Virus record (IMG/VR): IMGVR_UViG_3300033145_000191
Location: 1 to 63,965 of that record
DNA length: 63,965 bases
Origin: a virus
Lineage: Duplodnaviria; Caudoviricetes
Reading direction: 5' to 3' (one strand)
In this document: positions 38,621 to 48,610 of the stretch, one piece after another
How positions within the stretch are numbered: the stretch's first letter is position 1
How the letters are laid out: each line of letters opens with the position of its first letter
The notes under the pieces: generated by a model
Seen by the model: the letters and a program-made list of their open reading frames with translations, nothing else
Told to the model about the DNA's origin: nothing
The model's database searches: none
Made by a program: the position numbers and the translations under genes

Positions 38621-40605
38621 TAGAACCCCGTAAAATAAAAGTCAAAGTGGGCAGATGGTTAGTGCCATTAACTTTAATTCCAGATAAGCCTGGAACCCTC
38701 GTTGCAAAGTTTCCATTCAATAGGCCGCTGATGGCAGAAATCAAGTCAATGCAAGGTGCTCATTGGCATGGTTACGACGATGAGAACCCTCGTAAGATTT
38801 GGACAATCAGTGACTCACCGCGTAATGATTTTCAATTGCAGTATCTTGAAGGTAAAAATCCATATGCTCATTATGAGCAACCTCTAATTGAAGTAACAAC
38901 TAACAGGCCGTTAAGAGAACATCAACTTGAAATGAAAGCCACCATTCTAACATATAGGCAATGCTTATGTGCCTATGAAATGGGAACTGGAAAAACACTT
39001 GCGGCTTTTGAAGCAATGGAAGATGCAGGAATTGATAATCCAACTGACTTGTGGTATGTGGGTCCAAGAGCCGGTGTAATAGCAGTAGCACGGGAAATTG
39101 TGAAATGGGATTTGAAAATCAGACCGCAGATGTTTACTTATGAAGCATTAAAAAAGCGGATGAGGAATTGGCCAGAAGATAATATTATTCCTAAAGCCGT
39201 TATTTTTGATGAATCTTCTAAAATTAAAACACCAACGTCACAAAGGTCTCAAGCGGCAATGAAATTAGCGAACGAGATACGTGAAGCTTACGGATTAAAA
39301 GGTTATATTATAGAAATGACAGGAACGCCAGCACCTAGAACGCCTGAGGATTGGTGGAATCAATGTGAGATAGCGTGTCCTGGATTTCTGAAAGAGGGAA
39401 CACTTGGTAAATTCAAGAGCCGATTATGTATCATTGAGCAGCGTTCATCTATTACTGGTGGTATTTATCCTCATATTGTAACATGGAAGGATGATATACG
39501 CAAGTGTAATGTGTGTGGTATGTTTGCTGATGATGATAATCATAATGTCCAAAAGATGGTAGAGCAAGAAATATATAATAAGCAGATAACTGACAAAGAT
39601 TTGAAGCAGACAGTTTATCATAAGTTTGTGGAATCTAAAGATGAAATCTCTTATCTATTTGAAAGAATGAGGGGATTAGTCAGTGTTAAATTTAAGAAAG
39701 ATTGTCTGGACTTGCCTGAAAAACAGTGGGAGGAAGTCTACTGTGTGCCGACACCAGACATTATCCATGCTGCCAAACTTATTAATGCTCGCTCGACACG
39801 AGCGATTGAGGCTCTTACCCTCTTACGTGAATTGTCAGACGGCTTTCAATATACTAGTGAACCAGTCGGCAAAGAACCGTGTCCTGCTTGCCACGGCACA
39901 GGCACAATGGTCGTTCAAGTGCCTAAATACCCTGTTAACATGTTGGCACCAAATACAGAGATTTCGGAATCGGACTTTGAGGAAAAGGAGGTAGAGTGCG
40001 GATATTGCGGCGGTGAAAAAACAGTTACTAAATTCGCTAGAGGAACAGAGTTTATTAACTGCCCTAAAGACCAACTACTTATTGACGATCTCGATGAACA
40101 CAATGATATTGGAAGGTTTGTCGTGTGGGGTGCATTTACAGCAACTATCGATAGACTTACTTCTATTGTCAATCGACAAGGGTGGTATGTCCTCAGAATT
40201 GATGGGCGAGGGTATCATGGAACGTCTCCAGAAGGCCATGAAACTGATTCAGATGAACTTCTGGACGCAATGGATAAGTCGCATCCAAGATTTGAAGAAC
40301 TTCGAGAAACGTATCCAAGAGTTTGTGTCGTTGGACACCCAGGCTCAGGCGGGATGGCACTTACGTTTACTGCTGCCCCTACTCAAGCCTACTTTTCCAA
40401 TTCATTTAGTGGTGAAGATAGGATGCAGTCGGCTGATCGTGGGCATAGGATGGGGATGGATTTAAATCGTGGCTATACATTAAGAGATTATATCCACTTG
40501 CCATCAGACAAACTTGTCAAGGATAATCTTGACAATAAAATCAGGTTGCAGAACATGTCAATGGGACAAGTTCATGATGCATTCACAAAGCTATTTACGG
40601 AGTAA
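38617..40605 (+). CDS. SNF2-like SF2 helicase with zinc-finger insertions
   Basis: EMGTGKT, FDESS, MTGTP, QSADRGHRMG; CPACHGTG and CGYCGGE. Confidence 0.88.
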   Translation: MIEPRKIKVKVGRWLVPLTLIPDKPGTLVAKFPFNRPLMAEIKSMQGAHWHGYDDENPRKIWTISDSPRNDFQLQYLEGKNPYAHYEQPLIEVTTNRPLREHQLEMKATILTYRQCLCAYEMGTGKTLAAFEAMEDAGIDNPTDLWYVGPRAGVIAVAREIVKWDLKIRPQMFTYEALKKRMRNWPEDNIIPKAVIFDESSKIKTPTSQRSQAAMKLANEIREAYGLKGYIIEMTGTPAPRTPEDWWNQCEIACPGFLKEGTLGKFKSRLCIIEQRSSITGGIYPHIVTWKDDIRKCNVCGMFADDDNHNVQKMVEQEIYNKQITDKDLKQTVYHKFVESKDEISYLFERMRGLVSVKFKKDCLDLPEKQWEEVYCVPTPDIIHAAKLINARSTRAIEALTLLRELSDGFQYTSEPVGKEPCPACHGTGTMVVQVPKYPVNMLAPNTEISESDFEEKEVECGYCGGEKTVTKFARGTEFINCPKDQLLIDDLDEHNDIGRFVVWGAFTATIDRLTSIVNRQGWYVLRIDGRGYHGTSPEGHETDSDELLDAMDKSHPRFEELRETYPRVCVVGHPGSGGMALTFTAAPTQAYFSNSFSGEDRMQSADRGHRMGMDLNRGYTLRDYIHLPSDKLVKDNLDNKIRLQNMSMGQVHDAFTKLFTE

Positions 40606-40628
40606 TAATTATTTTGAAAGGGATATAA

Positions 40629-41489
40629 ATGTCACAGGACGAAGCTAGACAACTTACGAATATTCTGCTTGATGATATTCACGCAGATGCAGAGTTCAAT
40701 AGTCGAGGAACTATAGCACCTATTGATGTTGTGGACTTAGCAAAAGATATTGACATTAATGGATTATTACAACCTGTAGTTGTGCGCCCATATAATGAAG
40801 TGGAACAGGCAGAAACAGGTAAAAAGTACCTGCTTATCATGGGTTATCGGCGGCATATGTCATTTCATGTGCTTGGTAGAGAAACGATTCCGGCAATCAT
40901 TCGTGAAGATATTCATGATGAATTAAAGGCTCGTGTTTTGAATCTTTCTGAAAATCTCAAACGGAAAGACCTTACACTGTGGCAGGAAGCAAAAGCATTA
41001 TCAGCATTACATGATCTTGGATTAACGGAACAATCAGTATCAGAAGAAATTGGCATGTCTCGTGGATGGGTGCAGGTAAGATTTATGGTTTTGCGATTAC
41101 CACAGGCTGTGCAGGATGAAGTCAAAGCTGGATTAATTATACAGGCAGATATTCGAGATCTTTATACAGTCTTCAGAAATAATGGTAAAGATGACTGCTT
41201 TGAGGCTGTAAGAAAATTGAAAGAGGCAAAGGCTTCCGGACGAAAAATCAATATTAAGAAGGGCAAGCCTATGAGCAAGCGTGTTCGTAGCCGACCAGAA
41301 ATGTTTGAAATGCAAGAGCATCTGGTTAAGACATTCAAGAAAAATACTGTTGCAACTCGTGTATTGGCATGGTCAGCAGGGGAAATATCAACTTATGAAT
41401 TTTACATTACCGTTCGGTTATATTGTGAAGAACACAATATACCTTATGTTATTCCACAAGGTGCGGAGGATAATAATGAATATATTTGA
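40629..41489 (+). CDS. ParB/RepB/Spo0J-family protein
   Basis: GLLQPVVVR, GYRRH, ENLKRKDL...EA, HTH (VSEEIGMSRGWVQ). Confidence 0.92.
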   Translation: MSQDEARQLTNILLDDIHADAEFNSRGTIAPIDVVDLAKDIDINGLLQPVVVRPYNEVEQAETGKKYLLIMGYRRHMSFHVLGRETIPAIIREDIHDELKARVLNLSENLKRKDLTLWQEAKALSALHDLGLTEQSVSEEIGMSRGWVQVRFMVLRLPQAVQDEVKAGLIIQADIRDLYTVFRNNGKDDCFEAVRKLKEAKASGRKINIKKGKPMSKRVRSRPEMFEMQEHLVKTFKKNTVATRVLAWSAGEISTYEFYITVRLYCEEHNIPYVIPQGAEDNNEYI

Positions 41490-41844
41490 AAAATTCAAGA
41501 ATATGGTGGCTAAATTAATAAAGTCACCACAGGAAATTCACAAGACACTGACAGATTCACAAATCAATCTGCTGCATTGTGCTATGGGTATTGCCACAGA
41601 AGCAGGAGAGATTGTTACAATCATTAAAGAGCATACCATATATGGCAAGCCTCTTGATACAGTTGAACTTGTAAAGGAATGTGGCGATGAATTATGGTAT
41701 CTGCAAGGAGTTCTCAATGAAATTAAAGTATCCATTGAGACCGCCATGGAACATAATATGGTGAAGTTAGCAGAACGTTATGGTCAGAATTATGAATACA
41801 CTGACCAAAAGGCCACTGATAAGGTTGATCAATCAGGAGAGTGA
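41476..41844 (+). CDS. MazG-like nucleotide pyrophosphohydrolase
   Basis: GIATEAGE, ECGDELWY, N..KL..RY. Confidence 0.9.
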   Translation: MNIFEKFKNMVAKLIKSPQEIHKTLTDSQINLLHCAMGIATEAGEIVTIIKEHTIYGKPLDTVELVKECGDELWYLQGVLNEIKVSIETAMEHNMVKLAERYGQNYEYTDQKATDKVDQSGE

Positions 41845-41847
41845 TTA

Positions 41848-42984
41848 ATGAAGAAGATTACAGACTTGCCGGCGCTTAGTAGCGCTTACGACTTAGCTTC
41901 AACAGACTTATTTATAGTCGTTGAGGATGCTGTAGGAACACCAATTACTGAGTCTATGACATTAACACAATTGGCAAGTGCATTGTGGCCACGTCATGCA
42001 GTAGCAGGAGCCATAACACCTGTAAATGATGATGTATTTACTTTTGGTGATAATTCTGATAGTAATCGTCAAAAGACTGTGACATTCCAGAATTTGGATA
42101 CAGCGTTTTGGCAAAAAGTAATAGATTTATCGCCAATAACACCCGCCCCTGGAGATTATGTTGTTTTATCAGATGTATCGAATTCAGATGCCCATGCAAA
42201 GGCAAGTTTAGCCCAGTGTATGATTAAAGGGTATCCTGTGCTTGCCGATCAAGCAGCAGTAACACCTGTAACCGGAGATATTTTTCCATTCAATGATATA
42301 TCGGATAGTAATAATCCAAAAGTAGTCACATTAACTGATCTAGCAACTGCTATTAGAAATGAGATGACTAATACTGGTTGGAAATTTATTGACCCAAGTA
42401 AATACACCGCTATACCACATGACGATGATGAAATCACGATGTCTGATACTAGCGATATGTTTGTGGGAGCCCCAATAAAATTTACATATAATGGTGACAC
42501 TCGACGCAATATTATTAGAACAGTTACTACAGATAGTGACATTGAAATTGATGGACCTAATATAGAGTTCTCAAAAGAAATCACTAAACTATATGTTGGT
42601 TCAACAGAAAAGATAGGTAGACTCCAATGGGGATTTCCAGGAATATGGGATACAGGCACGGGGGACTATCTTCTTGCAGATACTATGGGGATGGGATATA
42701 TTCATCTTGGTGCACCTATCTACCCAATTCGTGTTTCTTATAAGACAGGAAAAGCCGACACAGGCACACCAGCAATAGTCGATATGCGGATTAATGGTGC
42801 TGATGCAACTAGATCATGGGACGACATGAATCCAACCACGTCTTGGCAAAAGACCGATAGAGGAATTGAGCCTAATAATTTTACACTTGATGATGGAGAA
42901 TTGCTTGATTTTTATATTACGACACAAGGGACAAATCAAGATGCAGAGGACTTAATTCTTATTCTTGAATACATAAAGGATTAA
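41848..42984 (+). CDS. Fibre/virion-like protein with four ~41-aa repeats
   Basis: KITDLP N-terminus; repeats of TPxxxDxxxxxDxSxSxxxKxxT. Confidence 0.55.
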   Translation: MKKITDLPALSSAYDLASTDLFIVVEDAVGTPITESMTLTQLASALWPRHAVAGAITPVNDDVFTFGDNSDSNRQKTVTFQNLDTAFWQKVIDLSPITPAPGDYVVLSDVSNSDAHAKASLAQCMIKGYPVLADQAAVTPVTGDIFPFNDISDSNNPKVVTLTDLATAIRNEMTNTGWKFIDPSKYTAIPHDDDEITMSDTSDMFVGAPIKFTYNGDTRRNIIRTVTTDSDIEIDGPNIEFSKEITKLYVGSTEKIGRLQWGFPGIWDTGTGDYLLADTMGMGYIHLGAPIYPIRVSYKTGKADTGTPAIVDMRINGADATRSWDDMNPTTSWQKTDRGIEPNNFTLDDGELLDFYITTQGTNQDAEDLILILEYIKD

Positions 42985-42985
42985 C

Positions 42986-45328
42986 ATGATTACGTTTGAC
43001 ACAGAAACATGTGGGTTACATGGACCGATAACTCTTATTCAATACGCACGGGACGATGGGGAAATCTTTCTTCATAGTGTATGGAATGAGCCTATCAAAG
43101 ACACCATTGATCTTATACATGATTTCTGTGATGATGCTGATGGTGTGGTGGGATTTAATCTAGCGTTCGACTGGTTCCATATTTGTCAACTTTATACCAC
43201 TTTGCAATTATTACCAAAGCGCACTGCCACACCGTCAGAGTTTATTAAAGAATATGCCCTAGCCGAGCCGCAAGCGCGTTTCGGCTTGTGTGTAAAACCG
43301 AAGTCGGCTATGGATGTTATGCTCCATGCACGAAAAGGCCCATACCAATCTACGATGGATCGTAATGATATTAAAATTAAACGAGTTCCAACCGTATTAG
43401 CTTGGCAAATAGCAGCAGAGCTTGATGCTAGAATCCCTTTGAAAGATGTTTACTTTGCAAGACGTAAAGATAGTTCAGTCCGGTGGCAAGTGCAAGATGT
43501 GTTTGATGATTTTGGTGACGTGATCCCGGAATTTAAAGACATCGTCTTAAAATTCATGCCTTCGAGCGCACTTAAAGCACTAGCAGCAGATGCACTAGGT
43601 ATTGATACTGAAAAAATAAAACTATTTGCAGATGTTGAACCTAATTGGAAACCTACAGAACTTGGATATGCACCATTTGCCATGGCCGTCGCCATGTATC
43701 ATAATGGAGTGCATAAAAAAGAATTTGATGGTCGATGGGAAAATTCTTGGCCTGTGGGTATTACTGGTCACATTAGTCATTGGTCATATAATACACTTGC
43801 TCGTAAATATGCAAGTGATGATGTAGATTATACACGTCGCCTATATGAGTATTTTGAAAAGCCTTCGATGGGTGACACTGACTCGATTCTTGCGTGTATG
43901 GTTGGTGCTAATAGATGGCGCGGATATGCAATTGATATTCCGAAACTGACGGCCTTAAAAAAGAAAGCACAAAAAGCTATACAAGATTCAAAAATCAATT
44001 TTCAATCTGTAGATGTTTGTCGTAAATACCTTTACCAAGTAATGAGCGAAACAGAAAAACTTGTCATGCGTGTAAATGACAAAATAACTACAAAGGCTAT
44101 TGTTCTTGAAGAAGTATCCAAGTGGGTGGACTCAGAAGTTCATAAAGAGTGTAATGGATTTGGCTGTGATGGTTGTAAAGGGGGACTTATAGATACAGAT
44201 AAACCGCATCCAGCAGCCATTAGAGCAAGGGAGATTCTTGATGCTCGACATGCTAAAAAAGAAATTGAAAATTACGATAAGCTTATTGTTGCTGGTCGTT
44301 TTCATGCCTCTTTTACTATTATTGGCGCTCTTAGCAACCGTATGTCTGGTGGCGGTGGTGGACTCAATGCCCAAGGAATCAAACGAGCGAACTACGTCAG
44401 ACAATGCTTTCCTCTTGCCGATGAGGGTCTTGTTTTATGTGGTGGAGACTTTGATGGATTTGAAGTATGTATCATGGACGCAGCGTATGGAGACCCGGTC
44501 CTACACGCGGAATTAACTAGCGGTAAAAAGATTCATGGATTGTTTGGAATAGAATTATTTCCACATATGACGTATGATGAAATACTAGCAACTAAAGGGC
44601 TTGCAGATGAACATGATATTTATACCCGTTCTAAAAATGGGGTATTCGCCATTTGTTATGGTGGCGAAGCATTTACACTCACACACCGTGTAGGTGTTCC
44701 AATTGAAGTTGCAGAGGTTGCTTATGCTTCTTGGTGTAAAAAACATCAAGTATGGGGACAAAAACGATTACAGTATGCTAACATGTTTTGTAGTATGCGA
44801 CAACCTGGGGGTATTGGAACAAACGTTGAATGGCATGAGCCAGCACCTTATATTGAAAGCATGTTTGGCTTTCGTCGTTATTACACCTTAGAAAATCAGA
44901 TTGTTAAAGCACTTTATGAGCTTGCTACTCATCCGCCAGAAGATTGGGTCAAAAGATATAGAATCAAAGTCATGCGACGGGATCGAGAACAAACTGCAAG
45001 TGGAGCTTGTCGCTCTGCACTGTATGCTGCGGCTTTTGCTGTGCAATCATCTAATATGCGTTCCGCTGGGAATCATGTTATTCAATCTACTGGTGCAACT
45101 GTTACTAAAGAGCTTCAAGCAAAGATTTGGGAAATCCAACCAACAGGAATACATAGATGGCGTGTGCAGCCTATGAATGTGCATGATGAAATTAATACGC
45201 CTACACATCCAGACTATGTAAAGTCGGTTACAAAAATTGTCAAATCATTCATTGAAGGTATGAAGTCTAAGATACCGCTTATTTCAATGACGTGGAAAAC
45301 TAAACTCAAAACGTGGGCAGACAAATGA
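42986..45328 (+). CDS. DNA polymerase, family A, with 3'-5' exonuclease
   Basis: FDTET, GFNLAFD, YASDD exo motifs; DFDGFE (A), KNGVFAICYG (B), VHDE (C). Confidence 0.9.
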   Translation: MITFDTETCGLHGPITLIQYARDDGEIFLHSVWNEPIKDTIDLIHDFCDDADGVVGFNLAFDWFHICQLYTTLQLLPKRTATPSEFIKEYALAEPQARFGLCVKPKSAMDVMLHARKGPYQSTMDRNDIKIKRVPTVLAWQIAAELDARIPLKDVYFARRKDSSVRWQVQDVFDDFGDVIPEFKDIVLKFMPSSALKALAADALGIDTEKIKLFADVEPNWKPTELGYAPFAMAVAMYHNGVHKKEFDGRWENSWPVGITGHISHWSYNTLARKYASDDVDYTRRLYEYFEKPSMGDTDSILACMVGANRWRGYAIDIPKLTALKKKAQKAIQDSKINFQSVDVCRKYLYQVMSETEKLVMRVNDKITTKAIVLEEVSKWVDSEVHKECNGFGCDGCKGGLIDTDKPHPAAIRAREILDARHAKKEIENYDKLIVAGRFHASFTIIGALSNRMSGGGGGLNAQGIKRANYVRQCFPLADEGLVLCGGDFDGFEVCIMDAAYGDPVLHAELTSGKKIHGLFGIELFPHMTYDEILATKGLADEHDIYTRSKNGVFAICYGGEAFTLTHRVGVPIEVAEVAYASWCKKHQVWGQKRLQYANMFCSMRQPGGIGTNVEWHEPAPYIESMFGFRRYYTLENQIVKALYELATHPPEDWVKRYRIKVMRRDREQTASGACRSALYAAAFAVQSSNMRSAGNHVIQSTGATVTKELQAKIWEIQPTGIHRWRVQPMNVHDEINTPTHPDYVKSVTKIVKSFIEGMKSKIPLISMTWKTKLKTWADK

Positions 45329-45597
45329 CATATGAAGAAGAATGTTTCAAAATACATCTTGCTCATGAGGGACAGATGCGTGCATTTATGCACAGTGTTG
45401 TTATTGGACTGTTAAGTAAGTCTAATAATAAAATCCCATTGACGAAAGAAGAAATTCTTACGTATGATGAATTAATACGATTCTTTGGTCAAGAAGCAAG
45501 AACTCGACGACTAATAGCTGAATCTACTACACAGGAAGCACAAGAAAAACTTGAAAGGGGAAATGCCAATGACAATGATGTTGACAAAGATTCGTGA
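45325..45597 (+). CDS. Hypothetical protein
   Basis: ATGA overlap with the polymerase stop. Confidence 0.55.
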   Translation: MTYEEECFKIHLAHEGQMRAFMHSVVIGLLSKSNNKIPLTKEEILTYDELIRFFGQEARTRRLIAESTTQEAQEKLERGNANDNDVDKDS

Positions 45598-45958
45598 GAA
45601 GCAGCGTCAGAAAGTGCTCCTTTATAGGAGTATTGAACGGCTAATCAATAAACCGATTTTCGGAATCTTGTGGGAAGAATCTGATTTCTTAATACAGTGG
45701 ATAGTAGCGGATTTTATTAATGACGGTGATAAAGATGAAATAATTAATTGGATTACAAATCATAAGTCACTTAGCTATGAGGATAGAAACATTTCCCACT
45801 TGAAAAGTATAGCAAGAAAATTGCAAATTAAAAATTGGTCTCGGTTATCCAAGTATGAGTTAATCCGAGCTATTCAACAAAAGGAGTTAGGTAATGAGAA
45901 AACTGGACATGGTGACGGAAATGCTGGAAATGATAAAGGAAATGGAATTTCTAGCTGA
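45563..45958 (+). CDS. Protein with Rho N-terminal-like domain
   Basis: LKSIARKLQIKNWSRLSKYELIRAI. Confidence 0.6.
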   Translation: MPMTMMLTKIREKQRQKVLLYRSIERLINKPIFGILWEESDFLIQWIVADFINDGDKDEIINWITNHKSLSYEDRNISHLKSIARKLQIKNWSRLSKYELIRAIQQKELGNEKTGHGDGNAGNDKGNGISS

Positions 45959-46325
45959 AAAAGCCGGGGTTCCCATTAACCGACTAGATATAACCCAAGA
46001 TGCTATTAAATTTAAATATGATACTATTAGTGACGGTCACCGTTGGGTATTTATGATATATAAAGGTGAATGGCTAGGAGCATCACGGGCCCGTGCATTG
46101 TGCACTGAAGATATTTGGAATAGTATGGAAATGTTTGAGGAAGATTTCAAGAATCATCGTGAAGTAAAAATATTAACCAAGGCATTATTGGAATTGAAAA
46201 AGGCTCTATGTAGTCGATTACGACCGGACTTATTTAAGAAAGGAAAGAGAAATGTCTGGCTCAAAAAGATACAGAGAAATTCAAAAGCAAAGGAGAAAGC
46301 TAAGAGCCGCAAGAAGAAAGAGTAA
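45894..46325 (+). CDS. Hypothetical protein
   Basis: AAGGAG RBS. Confidence 0.55.
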   Translation: MRKLDMVTEMLEMIKEMEFLAEKAGVPINRLDITQDAIKFKYDTISDGHRWVFMIYKGEWLGASRARALCTEDIWNSMEMFEEDFKNHREVKILTKALLELKKALCSRLRPDLFKKGKRNVWLKKIQRNSKAKEKAKSRKKKE

Positions 46326-46704
46326 GTCGCTCCCAGCAATTTGGAAAGCATTGTCAACATTGTCTGGTGGGCAGGAGAATATCACTAAGATTTTAGGTCA
46401 GTCCATCATGGTTATGGAAATTCTTATTGAGAAAGGAATTATTACCAATGGCGAAATTGAAGCCAAAGTGCAAGCCTACGCTGCTAAGTATATCGATAAT
46501 TCGAAAAGTATTTCGAAGAATGGTATTCAACCCGAAAAAAGCAGGTCCGATGAAAGTAATAGCGGATGTAGGAAATCCGGATTACTATCAACGGAGAGCG
46601 ATGGAAGAAATGAGCCACGTTCTGGCAACTCCACAAAAATCATTAAAGGTAGCGGGTATGACGAAGGCCATACGAATGATGGTTCTAGCAATTGCAACTT
46701 TTGA
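46252..46704 (+). CDS. Hypothetical protein (a second gene, 46448..46717, overlaps its 3' half)
   Basis: ORF track; RBS; two overlapping frames. Confidence 0.45.
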   Translation: MSGSKRYREIQKQRRKLRAARRKSKSLPAIWKALSTLSGGQENITKILGQSIMVMEILIEKGIITNGEIEAKVQAYAAKYIDNSKSISKNGIQPEKSRSDESNSGCRKSGLLSTESDGRNEPRSGNSTKIIKGSGYDEGHTNDGSSNCNF

Positions 46705-46716
46705 AAAGGATAACTG

Positions 46717-47058
46717 ATGAATTATCGCAAAAAGGGGAAGAACCGACCCGAAGCTAAAATCCAACAGGCCATTAAAGATATGCTAACTCTTAAAGGTTGG
46801 TATGTTATGGTTACTCACGGTAATATGTTTCAGTCGGGCTTCCCTGATTTGTATGCAACCCATTCTAAATATGGGGCAAGGTGGATTGAAGTTAAGAATC
46901 CAGGTAAATATGCTTTTACACCTGCACAATTAGAACATTTTCCAAAACTAGTTGCAAACGGGACAGGTGTATGGATTTTAATCGGTGGCACAGAAAATGA
47001 ATACCAGAAATTGTTTAAATCCCCTAACTGGTATCAATATCTTAATATCATGAAATAG
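46717..47058 (+). CDS. VRR-NUC domain nuclease
   Basis: E.KIQ, GFPDL, WIEVK, TPAQ. Confidence 0.88.
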   Translation: MNYRKKGKNRPEAKIQQAIKDMLTLKGWYVMVTHGNMFQSGFPDLYATHSKYGARWIEVKNPGKYAFTPAQLEHFPKLVANGTGVWILIGGTENEYQKLFKSPNWYQYLNIMK

Positions 47059-47068
47059 GAGAAGTATT

Positions 47069-47581
47069 ATGAGTAAACGCATAGGGGTATTTGTTGATGT
47101 TTCAAATTTGTATTATTGTCTTGGTAAGCGATTTAAAAATCATAAGTTGGACTACCAGAAGTATATCGAATTTGTCGAAGATTTAGGAACCATTACACAG
47201 TTAATAGCATATGGTGCACAGATTAAGAACAAAGCCGGTAGTTTTATTCATTGTCTTAGGAAGCTTGGATTCAAGACAAAATACAAACAACCTAAAACAT
47301 TTAATAATCCTGACAAAATAAGACGAAAAGCAGATTGGGATGTTGGAATCGCTATTGATATTGTCCAGCAAATAGACCGTCTTGATATGATTGTTCTTGG
47401 AACAGCAGATGGTGATTTAGAACCACTCGTTAAATGGGCAGTTGATAAAGGCGTAGATGTTATCATATTAGCGTGTGGTATCTCACGTGACTTAAAAGAA
47501 TCAGCTACAGATTATTTTGAGATTATGGGATCTATGCTCGAACAGGAGAGTGATGATGAAATTATTGACTCAAGTGGGTGA
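47069..47581 (+). CDS. NYN (LabA/DUF88) domain PIN-fold protein
   Basis: FVDVSNL, KADWDVGIAID, GTADGDLEPL. Confidence 0.9.
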   Translation: MSKRIGVFVDVSNLYYCLGKRFKNHKLDYQKYIEFVEDLGTITQLIAYGAQIKNKAGSFIHCLRKLGFKTKYKQPKTFNNPDKIRRKADWDVGIAIDIVQQIDRLDMIVLGTADGDLEPLVKWAVDKGVDVIILACGISRDLKESATDYFEIMGSMLEQESDDEIIDSSG

Positions 47582-48065
47582 AACTTGTATGTTATATTCT
47601 GCAGCTATGCTTCTTGATATTACTACCGAAATGGTAATTAAAGAAATAGGTCATGATGGGTCAGAGATTTTGTGGCCAAAAAATGATAAACATCTTGATA
47701 TGTGTGCTGCATATCATATCCAAGAGATACAAGATATATGCATGGGACGAGGATATGCACTCGCATCTATAGAGGTGTGGCCTATTTACGGTCCGAATAT
47801 GGATGAGTTTCTAGAAGTATACCATAAACAAAATGACGATTTAACTGTCGAACGATTCTTTAACTGTATTAAAAATCGTAAAGCTTTACTTATACTTGAA
47901 TGCAATGAAGATACTAAGAATGAAAATCGCACACATGCATGTGCATGGGATGGTAAAAACATATATGATCCAAATGGAAGTATCTACCCACCAGAGGATT
48001 TGGAATCAGTTTATGAGGCCGACTGGAATATTAGAGAGGCTTGGATATTAACTAAATTGATTTAA
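47553..48065 (+). CDS. Papain-fold, C39-like cysteine peptidase
   Basis: QVGETCMLYSAAMLL (Q..C), HACAWDG (H), IYDPNG (D). Confidence 0.6.
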   Translation: MMKLLTQVGETCMLYSAAMLLDITTEMVIKEIGHDGSEILWPKNDKHLDMCAAYHIQEIQDICMGRGYALASIEVWPIYGPNMDEFLEVYHKQNDDLTVERFFNCIKNRKALLILECNEDTKNENRTHACAWDGKNIYDPNGSIYPPEDLESVYEADWNIREAWILTKLI

Positions 48066-48117
48066 AAATCTGTAATCAAATCAAAATAAAATATCTGAAA
48101 ATCTTTCCAGAATCCTC

Positions 48118-48146
48118 TTGCAATTTTCTTGCGTATATGCTATAAT
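48118..48146 (+). promoter_or_regulatory. Sigma70-type promoter with extended -10
   Basis: TTGCAA-17 bp-TATAAT, TG at the extended -10 position, A-tracts upstream. Confidence 0.75.
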
Positions 48147-48221
48147 GAATTGAGCGAAGTCTGTTCATAATCAAATCATTTAAGGCATCGGATTTTCAAA
48201 TCGAAATAGGAAAGGAATAAG

Positions 48222-48602
48222 ATGTTTAATCTAGATGAAGCCATCGACCATGCTAATCTTTTACCTTCAAATACAGATGAATGGCAATTGTGGAATACTA
48301 AATTACGAGAACGTGGACTGTTACCTGGTGATCGTATTAGCGGTATGGACCCTACTGATTTTGAATCGGCAAGAGTATCGCGCTCTGAGTCAGGTGGTAT
48401 TATTGTCAAAGCTATATTCTCTGATTTAATTGCTGATGAGCATGGTAAGATATACACACCAGGAATGTGTCTTGTTACTCGTGATTGGTGTTATCGTGGA
48501 TTAGTTTGCTTCCTAAAGGATTACGATAGTAGTAAGCCAATACACGCAATACGAGTTTTGAAATGTAATAAAAAATCAATTATCGCAATAGCTTGTGATT
48601 AA
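48222..48602 (+). CDS. Hypothetical protein
   Basis: RBS; first gene after the promoter. Confidence 0.6.
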   Translation: MFNLDEAIDHANLLPSNTDEWQLWNTKLRERGLLPGDRISGMDPTDFESARVSRSESGGIIVKAIFSDLIADEHGKIYTPGMCLVTRDWCYRGLVCFLKDYDSSKPIHAIRVLKCNKKSIIAIACD

Positions 48603-48610
48603 GGAAAGGC

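Noticed and set aside
3036-45328. Inteins or introns in terminase, helicases or polymerase
   Set aside because: Lengths are ordinary, reading frames are continuous and no intein splice motifs were seen
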